Part shown: positions 11,822 to 23,638 of the stretch, piece after piece
Numbering within the stretch: position 1 is the first letter of the stretch
Layout of the letters: every line of letters begins with the position of its first letter
From: Octopus sinensis
Taxonomy: Eukaryota
Assembly: GCF_006345805.1 (NCBI RefSeq)
Contig: NC_043020.1
Location: 17,794,001 to 17,858,000, forward strand
DNA length: 64,000 bases
Direction of reading: 5' to 3'
The notes under the pieces: model-generated
What the model saw: the letters and a program-made list of their open reading frames with translations, nothing else
What the model was told of the DNA's origin: nothing
Databases searched by the model: none
Position numbers and translations under genes: made by a program

Positions 11822-12650
11822 CATCATCGTCGTTTAACGTCCGTTCTCCATGCTAGCATGGGTTGGACGGTTCGACCGGGGTTCTGGGAAGCCAGAAGGC
11901 TGCACCAGGCTCCAGTCTAATTTGGCAATGTTTCTACAGCTGGATGCTCTTCCTAACGCCAACCACTCCGTGAGTGTAGTGGGTGCTTTTTACGTGCCAC
12001 CTTCACAGGTGCCAGGCGGGGCTGGCAACGGCCACGGTCAGATTGGTGTATTTTATGTGCCACCGGCACGGAAGCCAGTCGAGGCGGTGCTGGCATCGGC
12101 CACGAGTCGGATAGTGCTTTTTACGTACCACCAGACCAGGGATCCTGGCTGGTTCAATTCGATTTCGATTTCGCTGCCCCAACATGTCTTCACAAGCAAG
12201 GGGGTTGGCAAGGGTGCCTGTCGTACGGTCGCATTGGAGTATTTTACGTGCCACGGCCACGAGTCGGATAGTGCTTTTTACGTACCACCAGACCAGGGAT
12301 CCTGGCTGGTTCAATTCGATTTCGATTCGCTTGCCCCAACATGTCTTCACAAGCAAAGGGGGTTGGCATGGGTGCCTGTCGTACGGTCGCATTGGAGTAT
12401 TTTACGTACCACGGCCCCGAGTCGGATAGTGCTTTTTACGTACCACCAGGCCAGGGATCCTGGCTGGTTCAATTCGGTTTCGATTTCGCTTGCCCCAACA
12501 TGTCTTCGCAAGCATGGGGGGTTGGGATGGGTGTCTGTCGTCGGATGAGGTTCTATATCGACTTCGCTTGCCTCAACCGGTCTTTGTGTCCAAGGGAGGA
12601 AAGGCATTCATAAGTGGGCTGGGCTCACTTGTCCTGCCTGGTCTTCTCAC
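11821..12650 (-). mobile_element. RTE-type LINE 3' end with internal tandem repeat (about 157 bp x 3)
   Basis: (CAT)n tail plus TTTAACGTCCG...CATGCTAGCATGGGTTGGACGG, as in the RTE 3' UTR near 44200. GAGTCGGATAGTGC recurs at 12104, 12261 and 12419. Confidence 0.75.
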
Positions 12651-14934
12651 GTACAGAATATATATATATACACGTTTAAATATTTGTTGTGCAAGATTTT
12701 TTATTGGCTAAACTGGCAATATGACCATTCCGAAATATAACAATATATATATATTTGTGACATACTTCTAATGACAAATCCACTGTAGTTACTGTAGAAA
12801 AAAAAAATTTTCTGTTATGCATATGATGAGGAAGGGTGCTGAAAACCTTTCTCTTACGTTTCTGGCAGATGTTTGTTCGATTCATCGATAAAATTATTCA
12901 AATTTGTATTTCATCTTCATCAAATTGCTATTCAATTTTTTAATAAATTCTTTTGCACATGCTTAGCATTATTAACTTTTTTTTCGAAATACGTACTATT
13001 TGAAGTCGGCAAAATGTCACCGTTTTCCCCCTTTCCTTCGGGTTTCTCCATCACAATGATGACATGCCTTCGTCTCGTCGCTGATCACATTGTAAAAATC
13101 TTTAACCAACATGTGTTTCAGAAATTGAAAAATCAACTAAAAGGTAACCAAAAGTAATCGCCCTTTAAGTTATCGGTTACGCACCAAAGTAGCAATTTTT
13201 ATGGAGTCGTTACGAAGATTGTAAGGGAGACAAACACAGTTAGGCTTCAGACATTTTTTACACGAAGTTTGGATCTTTTCCTTTTGAACGGCACTTTTCA
13301 ACACAATTTCTAGTTAACTAAACACTTTTAAACTTTGTATACTGGTAGAATGGGTCAAAATAAAACATTTTTCTCTTGGCTTTCTTGAGAAAATTGTAAT
13401 TTGTAAGTTTAACGTAGTTTAATTTTTCGAATTTTAACCAATCGATCGCCTCTAATTGAGCTAAAATCATTTGCTACGTCTAAAACTGAGACAACATCCT
13501 GTCACTAACCCTAACCCTAAATAGATAGACAAATACATACATACATACACACACACATATATATATAATGTAGTGGCTTCATGCAGGCATAGCGTGGATT
13601 CGATCCTCGATTGCCAAATTTCACTTAATTGTTCAACAGCACTTTCTCACGGTAAAGCAGTAGCTTTTCTGTGAGTGACAACAGTTACATTTGCCAGCTG
13701 CCTTTACTAAGCAGAATAATGTCTTTGCCACTTGACACTTCTAACCTCTTCTCGGCCACCAAAACCTACAATAGAGATAACAGACCGCCAACGACATTCC
13801 CTGTTCTCAACGATATGGCTATCCTTCTAACTAGTTTGGATAATTATAAATACGTAGGAAAATGAGTTGGCAAAAAGGAGACGATGCAGAGGTGACCACA
13901 TTCAGAATCCAGTTAGAGAGAAGGTTTACAGTGAGAATGTCAACTATGGCATAGAAATAATTTTCTTTAGCCCTTATTTATAAGTTGTTTATAATTCTAA
14001 CCTTAAAGGTATTTTAATATGCTGCCACATTTTCTGATGAAATTTTTTTCTGTAAAAAAACTTCATCCTATATATATATATATATATATATGCTAGTATA
14101 CACGCACATAAACTCCACCCATCTAACACCCGTGGACATATTTACAAAGTCAGAAAACAGCACAGCTCCCATGACTTCAGGAAACATTTTTTCACGCTGA
14201 GAGTTGCTGAAGCATGTGTAGCAATAACCATTTTAGCCATTTTGAAATGTGGCAATATGACGTAATGTCTTTGCCGAAGAATTATCATTTTCGTTTTTTC
14301 CCATATAAAGATTCTAAAAGTTTCGTAAAGAATGTTTGTCCTGAATTTCGATTCATTTTGGTCAGGTTCAGCAGTTATAAAACCCTGGATTTGGGGAGAG
14401 ATTTTAGTGTTCGCTGGTTGTCACATAACTCCACGGCACTCACTCTTTTGGAGACATCGGTAGTTTTTATGCCATGTCTAAGTTAATCACAAATCTATTT
14501 TGATTTGTTGGTTAATGTATTAGATAGAAAGAAGAAATTAGCTAATGAATTTATAGTCGTTTTTCTTCACGACAAAGTCATCTTTCTTACTGTAAATAAT
14601 ATAAAATGTTATATTTATATAATAAAAAAATGATTAAAAAGAATATGTTTCTCTTCACGTTTGTTTTTCAACTGAGCATAGATAAATATGCATTTCTGTA
14701 ATCTTTGATTTATGTTTTCTTATAGCGGTTTAAAGGACACGATTAAAATATTCAACATACATGTCATTAATATAGCGTTTCATGCGTATATGTCTATATG
14801 ACGTTATAACTGTAGTTAGGGTTTTAGGTATAATGATAACACTTGAGTATAAATGACGTTGAATCATTATAGTCTCCCTTACTCAGAGAAAAGCCCAAAT
14901 AAATAATATAACCTAAGAGAAAGCTTAAGGTAGA

Positions 14935-15195
14935 ATAACCGAAAAACCGCCGTAGGAAACATGGAACAAACTGCCGGCATTGTTGGAGCACTGCATCCTT
15001 CAAAACTTCCATGCTTCCTGAGATTCGCCAACACTAAACATGATTTCCTCCCCTCCATACACACACAAGCATATATCTGACTCATGCATTGTTCGCTTTC
15101 CAGACATTTGTACATTACTGCATATACTCTGACAAGTTGTGGTGCACCTGAGCACTGTATACAATAATTTCATTATTATTATTATTATTATATTA
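14935..15195 (+). mobile_element. CR1/L2-like LINE 3' fragment
   Basis: Encodes TWNKLP, typical of the CR1/L2 ORF2 C-terminus, and ends in an (ATT)n tail. Confidence 0.4.
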
Positions 15196-15671
15196 ACGAT
15201 ACAGCTAACATCTGTGACTGAGAATAAAGATACGCAATGTTGGAGAGATATGCAACACCGTGACCTCCCTTGTCCGGCGAAAGCCTGTAATCACCGATCT
15301 GGGTATGAAAAAACAATACTTTTTCTCTTTTGCCTTCCATTAGTTCTGGTTTTTTATATTGAAAAGAATAGTTAAATAAAAGAATATCTGTGTAAAATAT
15401 TCTATATAATCAGTTTATAAAGAGGCAAACATGATGCTGAAAGAGTCAATGAAACCAAATAATTTCTTTTACAGATTTCTATAATAAAGGGATATAAATT
15501 GGCTGTTATGCAAGAGTTGTTTCCCCTTACATTAGATTTTTCAATAATATTTTCCAACTTTGTGATGAGCGACCATTTGAGGCGGCACTTGGTGTTGAAT
15601 TGATGTTTTTCTTCCTTCCCTCATGTTTGTTTTCTTCGGTTTGGAATTTGAATTTTAGTGTGGTTTTGTAT

Positions 15672-15703
<32 letters not shown>

Positions 15704-16165
15704 ATACAAAGTGGTTTTATTATATTATATTAAACTTTTTAATACTTTTTGATAGTATATATAAAATTTAAAAAAAAGAAATTAAAAAATTACAAGTTTA
15801 AAAATTTATAAATTTAAAATTTAAAAAATATAAAAATTTATAAATATAAATTTAAAATTTAAATAATTTAAATATTTTAAATTTTATATTTTATTTTTTT
15901 TGTATATTATATTAATTATATTTATTTTTATGTTTTGGTTGTCTTACACTGATTTGCCTAATAGTGTTTTTATCTCTAATTTAATTTATATTTATACTGT
16001 GAAATTTGATTTAATCCTAAATCTAATTTTTCCCTGTAAGTTTGGATATACTCCTTAATATTATTATCATTATATATATATAGAGTGGCTGTATACCGTC
16101 AACTTAACGTGACAGTCCTTTGAGACATTTAGAAATTTAATATTTATATATATATATATATATTA

Positions 16166-16200
<35 letters not shown>

Positions 16201-16363
16201 CTCATGCAGGCGTGGCTGTGTGGTAAGAAGTTGTTTCTCAACCACATGGTTTTCAGGTTCAGTCTTACTGCATGGCACCTTAGACAGATGACTTCTACTA
16301 TATCCTCAGGCCGACCAAAGCCTTGTGAGCGGATCTGGTAGACGGAAACTGAAAGAAGCCCAT

Positions 16364-16403
<40 letters not shown>

Positions 16404-16420
16404 GAAGGATAAATGTCCAC

Positions 16421-17120
16421 ATCACGTTGGGTCACCGCTTTAGATGGATGGGTTGTATCTTCGGCGTCGGGTCACCACTATAGTCCATCTAATGTGATTC
16501 CCCTCAGAAGGCTGTAATGTTTATTGTGGTAGGAACCCAGTAAAGAAATACATGGAACAAAGGTAATAACTTTAAATACGTTTATTGTGGTCACACATAC
16601 ACACACACGCATACACACACACACACACACGTATACACACATGCTGAATGGAAGTGGTTGATGTACATTTACTCGTTTATCTACATGCATCTGTGTGGGT
16701 TGTATGTTAGCTGTTAACCCTGGTGAGGAAAGCTCATGAACAGCGATATGTAGGAACCAGGGCAGTGTGTTGGTGCTGTGTAGATGTTGTTGACGACGTT
16801 GGTGAGAAACATCCGTGGTGGCGACGAAGATGGAGGTCGCTGTAATGTGGTCAGTGGTTAGACCTTAGAAAGACTGGAACCAATTGACGTTGAGACTAGT
16901 AGGAGATGAGCTTTTATAGTTGACAGGTAGGCTCAAATGCAGTTTAGAAAAGACTGTCTCACATGATTTATTTGAAGACTGTGATTGGTTGGGCTGCATA
17001 TTGGCGCACGATAGAGTAAGAGACAAATTGCACCAATACCAATCAATCAGAATGGTAGACACAACGGGGTCCACAACATTTTCCAAAGGTTAGCTGTTAC
17101 CTGCTACGTTCATATGTACA
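16421..17120 (-). mobile_element. LTR plus tRNA-Trp primer-binding site of a truncated Ty3/Gypsy-like element
   Basis: Minus strand starts TGT at 17120 and has TATAAAAG near 16915-16921 and two downstream AATAAA signals. It is followed at 16477-16465 by TGGTGACCCGACG, which is complementary to the 3' end of animal tRNA-Trp (ATCACGTCGGGGTCACCA). Confidence 0.6.
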
Positions 17121-17182
17121 TATATATAATAAAGAGAGGAAGTTCACTAGAGTTCACTACATATATATATATACATATGCCA

Positions 17183-17363
17183 TGATAGATTGTTAGCCAC
17201 TACACACATTTTTTTTCTCTCCTTGTTTTCTGTGTCCCTTTCTGTAGACGAGCATAGGCTCGAAACGTAAAAGACTTTTTTTATTCCTGAGCGTTATACT
17301 AATACATCTGTTTGTTTTGTACACCACCTGTCTTCGTCTGTTGTTTTTTTCGTAAACTCTCCC
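17183..17363 (+). mobile_element. 181-bp Penelope/retrozyme-like repeat with hammerhead motif (CUGUAGA core)
   Basis: 17238-17273: CTTT-CTGTAGA-C-GAGC ATAG GCTC-GAAA-CGTA|AAAG. Flanked by (TA)n, with a same-length copy at 56583-56763. Confidence 0.7.
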
Positions 17364-18129
17364 TATATATATATATATATATATATAGTTAATCTTGCAG
17401 GCATGAAGTGGATTCGATCCACCATAGCCAAATTTAAATTAACAGTTCAACAGAACTTTTCTCATAGTAGAACAATAGTTTTTTCAGTGACAGCAGTTTT
17501 AAATATTCAGACGCCTGTAGCTAGGCTGAAATAATGTCTTCACCACTTAACCCTTATAACCTCTTCTACTTCACCAAAAGCTATAACAGAGATATCACAG
17601 TACCATCAATGAAGCCCATTGTTCTCAATAATATGTCTATTCTTCTGGATAGTTATAAAAGCAAGAACCCCAAGCAAAAAGACAGAGACCACTTGGTGAG
17701 GACTCGAGCAGTTAGTCACTTTGGTGACAACTCTTGAGTTGAGAGAGAGCTAACATCAGTTAGTGAACTGACTGCTAGAATCATGGAAGCAGGAAGACAA
17801 ACAGCCAGAGGGAAAAAGAAAGACAACGTCTCACACTCTCTCACTCTCATTAGCTCTAATTCTGTTCTCTTACATCATTCTATCTTTCTCTGTAATTACT
17901 ACTAAACAATGAGGAGAACACAAACATAAACTATGCAAGGAAAATCTATATCTATCTTTACTTTGCATGCTTTACGATTTTTATCACCTTCCCTTCAAGG
18001 CAAGGTATTGTATAATTCAACGGTAAAAATAAATATTTCCTTAAAACTATGTGCATTGTTCTTCTTTTACATCTTACAATATGCCGTCACAATTAAATTT
18101 CAACCGATACAAAAATAATCTTCATCCAT

Positions 18130-18161
<32 letters not shown>

Positions 18162-18289
18162 CAGTCCCACTGAGAAGAGGTGGGAGCAGCCCAAGGCCCA
18201 TGGGTTTACTGGACAAGGAAAAAGATATGAAGGTGTATCTTAAATAAATTTAAAAGAAATGAAGAAAGTAAATTAAAGAAGCTTGTCAA

Positions 18290-18655
18290 CGAATTCCCTA
18301 TTGAATTAAAAGGATCTAACCCTTTTAATCCAATCTCTTGTCACATAAACTCACACATATATGAGTCCAGCAGACGTCTGTGAGTGCCATTTTGTCTTTT
18401 ATTTTTCTCTTTAGCACTCTTCCAAAGTCTTTCAATATTTTGGGTGTGAGCACCATTCGTAGGATTGGCAAAGTGTAGAGAATGATTCACAGTGAGATGT
18501 TGAAAATGACCAATTTTAATTATATTTTTATATGCTGACCATTCGTCACTTATGATGGTAGTACCCAGTCTTATATTATCTTCTATTATTGGAAGAAATG
18601 TCGCTGACCTATGAAACATTCTTTTGTTTCTCTACAAATACCTTTACCAAATGTG
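18290..18655 (-). pseudogene. Merlin (IS1016/ISXO2-like DDE) transposase remnant
   Basis: GICRETKECF, then after a frameshift LPIIEDNIRLGTTIISDEWSAY...HLTVNHSLHFANPTNGAHTQNIERLWKSAK...DSYMCEFM, which are diagnostic Merlin motifs. Confidence 0.85.
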
Positions 18656-19287
18656 TAAAGATGGTAGGATGAGAAAAAGTTTAATAAAAATATAAAATTG
18701 AAAACACAACTTAGCAGTTTGCTGCTAACAATTCTTTCATCATCAACAATTCTTATGTTTGCTGCTTACAAATTCTTGAGGTGAAGAATACTGATTCAGG
18801 ATGCAGAATGGCCAACTTAGAAGTGGAAAAGTAAAATCTGCAGAAATCCTAAAACTGTGTTCTGATATAAACCTGGGAACATCATATTTTGCTTCCAATC
18901 TTAGATTTAATATCTATTGGTAAAACCACAAATATAACTACAATACTTGAAAAAAAATTTAGTAGAAATATAAAGGGGGTGACCCTGCCACTCTTATACT
19001 TTTATACAAGATATATAATCCAAACCAAGCATGAAAAAACACAGGCCTATTTTAAAACAAACTGAAAGTAAATCAGTCAACCTGTCATGATAAAAACTAA
19101 TCACTACAGAATAAAGCATTGTTAGGACGAATTTCCATGTTTTCATTCTTTGTAACATACTTACATTATTGTGTAGTGAGTTCAGGTGCTGACATGAGTT
19201 ATCCCCCCCCCCATCAGCACCACTCTGTACCCAAGCCGATGGGGCTGGGGGGCTGGAAAAGTTCATAACTTGATAAACTTCCATATA

Positions 19288-19920
19288 TTTTCAAACAAGG
19301 GAGTTTAGCATCCCCACTCAGCACAAAGCAATATCTGCATACCGCAGTTTCTGGGTTATTTCACTTCCTCAGCACAGAATAACTGATGGTGCTGCTATAA
19401 ACTCTTCTTCAAAATATATAATTTTCAAAGTGACACACAGTCACTGATCTAATAGAAAAATTATTATTTCTGAATCTCTGAACAAGAGACATTCAATAAC
19501 AGTACCCTTCTAGAGTAAAGATTGTTCGCCAACACAATGTAGCAGTCCTGATTAGGATGAATATTACTATTATTTAGCTCCAGGAAACATCATCTCTAGC
19601 TGGTTATACGACACACTCTCTGTGTCTTTATATTTTCAAACAAGTGAGTTTAGTGTCCCCATTCAGCACAAAGCAAAATCTGCGTACCACAGTTTCTGGT
19701 TATTTCTCTTTGTCAGCACAGAATAACTGCTTGGCTAGAGATGGTGCTACTATAAACTCTTGTTCGAAATATATAATTTTTCAACATGACACAATCACTG
19801 ATCTAATAAATAGAAACATTATTATTTCTAAATCTCTCAACAAAAGACATTCAGTAACAGTACTCTAGAGTAAAGATTATTCACCAACATAATATGATAG
19901 TCCTGGTCAGGATGATTAGA
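19288..19920 (-). repeat. Tandem duplication (345-bp period), each unit with a hammerhead-like motif
   Basis: TTTTCAAACAAG at 19288 and 19633 starts similar units. Minus strand 19377-19335 reads CTGTG-CTGAGGA-AGTGAAATAACCCA-GAA-ACTGCGGT-A|TGCAG. Confidence 0.65.
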
Positions 19921-21004
19921 TATATAGTTTTATTACATATATGACACGTATGTATATGATACATAATTATCATCTTCATCCTCACTTTACATCCATTTTC
20001 CATGCTGGAATGAATTGAACAGTTTAATTGGAGTTGGTAAAACAGGGGGCAGCACCAGGTTTCATTGTCTCTTCTGGCATGGTTTCTACAAATGGATGCC
20101 CTTCCTACTGCCAACAACTCCACAGAGTGTATTGGATGTTTTTAGTGTGACACCAGGACCATTGCTTTTTAAGTGGTACCAACACCAGTATCAAATCTGC
20201 TGTGGTGGACTGGTCTTCTTGAGTACAGCAGTGTGCCACATATTTTGGTCCTTTGTCATCTTCATAAGGCTCAGCGTTTTGAGATCAGTCTTCAATACAG
20301 CATCTCATGTCTTCCTGGGTCCTCTCCCACAAGTTCCATCCACTTTAAGTGATCGGCACTTTTGTATGCAACTCTCTTACAAAAACTGCATTAAAATATG
20401 AATCCAAGACTGAAGAAAACGCAAACATGAATGAAGAAAAATAAAAGGAGAAAAAAAAGGGAAAAAAGGAAGAAAAAAAGAAACCATCAATTCAACACCA
20501 AGTGCCCCATTTGGTTCCAGACCAGCACACTTGTGGCATTACTACAGGCAATCATCATTATCACCATCATCCATCGTTAAACACCCGTTTTCCATGTTGG
20601 CAAGGGTTAGACTGTTTGACTGGAACTTGTAATCTGGAGAGCTGCACCAGGCTCCAATCTGATTCGACCAAGTTTCTAGGGCTGAATGTCCTTCCTAACA
20701 TAAACTATTCCAAAGAGTGTACAAGGTGCCTTTAACATGTCACTAGCATGGGTGCCCATAATATGTCACCAGCACCAGTGCCTTTGATGTGTCACCAGCA
20801 TGGGTGCATTCAATGTGTCTCCATCATAGGTGCCTCTAATGTGTCACCAGCACAGGTGCCTTTAACATGGCACTGGTGATGGCAAGGCTATTTTATTTCT
20901 GAATATTTTTCTTTTTGTTTTAATTTACTCACCCATTCTGATTTTGCTCTTCAAGTCACAGAAGAGGAGTTTGAGAAAATTATGGAAAAATGATTTAATT
21001 CAAA

Positions 21005-21367
21005 CTAGCACTATGACTCGGCGTTGCTGGGTCATAGTGCTAGTGCATGCATATACAGCTGCGTGCGTGCACACATACACGCGAGTACTGTCCAAATCTC
21101 CTACCAATCATGTACAGCTAGCTGACATTCAATTGGTGTATCAAGTTTCGGGCATTTTGATTGGGTTTTGGATAGAAAATTCACAAAAAAGTAACTTCTA
21201 TTGACTTTTTAATGGCTTTGCAGGATAACTGGGGAAATGTAAAGATGTGCACGATCACCCTTGGACGTTTTTTATATCCATAGAAAGTGCAAGCCCTCTA
21301 ACTGAAAAATTGTGGATTTGTATAAAGGACACACACACAGACATTTTGTCGTTTATATATATAGAGA
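21005..21367 (-). mobile_element. Non-autonomous Helitron
   Basis: On the minus strand it starts A|TC-TATATA and ends CTAG|T, with a terminal hairpin ACTAGCACTATGAC...GTCATAGTGCTAGT at 21004-21044. Confidence 0.6.
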
Positions 21368-22148
21368 TATCTCTAGGTACACCATATAGAATACAAAACT
21401 TCTACATGATCATATAACCAGTTAATAATAACCAAATCTCCCTCAAAAACCAACCTCATCATCCTATTGTATTAAATAAGGGATGTCCCATTGACATCCT
21501 AATTCTAAATCCCACTAACTGTTTGAGATTGCCATGGGTGGAAAGCTTTCACTGTGAAAGTTGACCTGGATTCAAGAGCCACTACATACAATTAAAATTT
21601 GAAAACATTATTTTTTGTTGACCTATTGTTGCTGTTATTATTGTTGATGTTGTTGTTGCTGCTGTTGTTTAGCTCCAAAAGTACTGTGTGTAACCATCAC
21701 ATTTCTTGTTCTTTTCTCATCTTTTTTCTAGACGTAGAATATGTAGGGTTACATTCTCTAATGCCTCAGTATTAGAGTATGCTTTGGGGGAGAGATTTAG
21801 CTGTTGTTTCTAGCAGACTAAGAAACAACATAGGAGCTTTCTTGTAAACTAAACCAGTGAAAGTGAAAGGTTGTAGTCGTGAACTCAGGGCGTTCTGGGA
21901 GATAAAGCACGAATTGTTGATTTGTCATTTAATAGTCCAACTTCTTGTGTGTGTCTCACTGACATTCTCATCATAGTTTTTAATTATAAGAATATTTCTA
22001 ACCTTAATTCAGTAAAATATCTTTAGCCATTATAATACATAAGAATTTACAATATATATAATTATGCATCAGTTGTAGGATTCTTTGGAATCAAGGTATT
22101 TTAACAATCAGGACGCCAGGGAAGGACCGAAATATTTATATACACAGA

Positions 22149-22543
22149 CTAGCAGTATCGCCCGGCGTTGCTTGGGTTTGTAAGGGAAATAACTATATAA
22201 GCATTTTTAGAGTTATAGCCAAAAAATAGCAAAAAAATGCATTAAAAATGGAAAAAAAATTATGGTAAATTTTTTTTTAAATCGTTGACTCATCGTAGAC
22301 ATTTTTAGAGAGTTACTTCCCTTATATAATAGCGAAAAAATGCATTAAAATGGAAAAAAATTATGGTAAATTTTTTTTAAATCGTAGACTCATCGTAGAC
22401 GCGCGCTAATACCCAGAAGGGCTCGATATGAATCACGACTATAAGATACCCAGTTTTGGTTAAACTGCACCGCAAAATGTGGGAGTAGTTAGGAATCTAA
22501 ATCGTAGGAGACAGACACACAACTTGACTTTTATATATAAAGA
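22149..22543 (-). mobile_element. Non-autonomous Helitron (395 bp)
   Basis: Minus strand 5' A|TCTTTATATAT...; 3' GC-rich hairpin (CCCGGCGTTGCTTGGG, 22161-22176) close to CTAG|T; no TSD; internal direct repeat of about 100 bp. Confidence 0.7.
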
Positions 22544-23305
22544 TGTATCATATACACACATCACATAAACTCATGCATATATGAACACATATATATAGAT
22601 ACACACATGTGCATGCACAGGTACACACACACACACACAAATGGGCTCAGGATCCCATGCTAGTTATAGATCCAACATCAGAATTGTTCCTGGAATTATG
22701 TTTACATAAAAGAAGAACACAAAAGAACTGTTTCTACAGTTTTTCTTTATTGAGGAATAATTTGATTATTGTAATTACATCACTAAAGAAAATCACTTTC
22801 ATCGGGTGAATTTCTTGATTTGAATTTTCACAAAATCAAGCCTATCATCATCATCACCACCACCACCACCACCACCATCATCATCATTTAATGTCTGCTT
22901 TCCATGCTAGTATGGGTTGGACGATTAGACTGAGGACTGGCGAACCAGATGGCTACACTAGGCTCCAGTCTGATCTGGCAGAGTTTCTACAACAATATGA
23001 GTCTTCGAAGACAGTTGCTCCCATAAATGCCAAAATAAAATTTGGGATTTAAGGAGGATCAAAGTTGGGGACAAAAACAGGTCAGTAGCGACATAGAAAG
23101 AAACTGAACAAAAACAAACATAGAGGGTCGTTAGACCAGAATGAGGGTAAAATAGCAAATGCTGGAGAAATATTTTCTTTGGCAAGAAATATATATATAC
23201 TGTGTTGGTCTTCATTTCTACCTCCACATCAGCTCAATTTGAATATTTCTTACAGAAGCTCTTGGTGCTGCAGGCACAGCCTTGGATGAAGAATTTAGTG
23301 TTTAA

Positions 23306-23527
23306 CCCTTTCATTACCATATTTATTTTGAGATGCTTTGTGTTTCTTTCAATTAATTTTAAATATAACAAATAATTTAGTAAAATAATTTAGTTATCAT
23401 TAAGCTCGGGTTAAGAGCATAAATCGCGACTAAAGTTTGGTGGAAGATTTTAATTCAAAACTTATGAAAACAAAACTTTTGTACTACAGAGCCAGAGGCG
23501 GTTTCAGCCGGGTTGGTATCGAAAGGG
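23306..23527. mobile_element. piggyBac-type MITE
   Basis: TTAA|CCCTTTCATTACCA ... TGGTATCGAAAGGG|TTAA. Confidence 0.8.
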
Positions 23528-23599
23528 TTAAGTTTAAATGAATTTGAGAACTACAATATGTTTTCCACACTGAGCTTATCTAACTCTACCTATTGACTC

Positions 23600-23638
<39 letters not shown>

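Noticed and set aside
11850-12613. 232-aa ORF and similar ORFs at 34028, 38900, 45323 and 51234
   Set aside because: They are antisense or off-frame readings of the RTE 3' UTR and its tandem units, with no protein-family motif.
13505-13520. Telomeric (TAACCC)n, also TTAGGG runs near 14816 and 33843
   Set aside because: Only 2-3 units, embedded in probable repeat elements; not evidence of a telomere or fusion site.
21004-22543. Functional link between Helitrons (5'-phosphotyrosine intermediates) and neighbouring TDP2
   Set aside because: These small Helitrons are probably abundant genome-wide, so proximity alone is uninformative.
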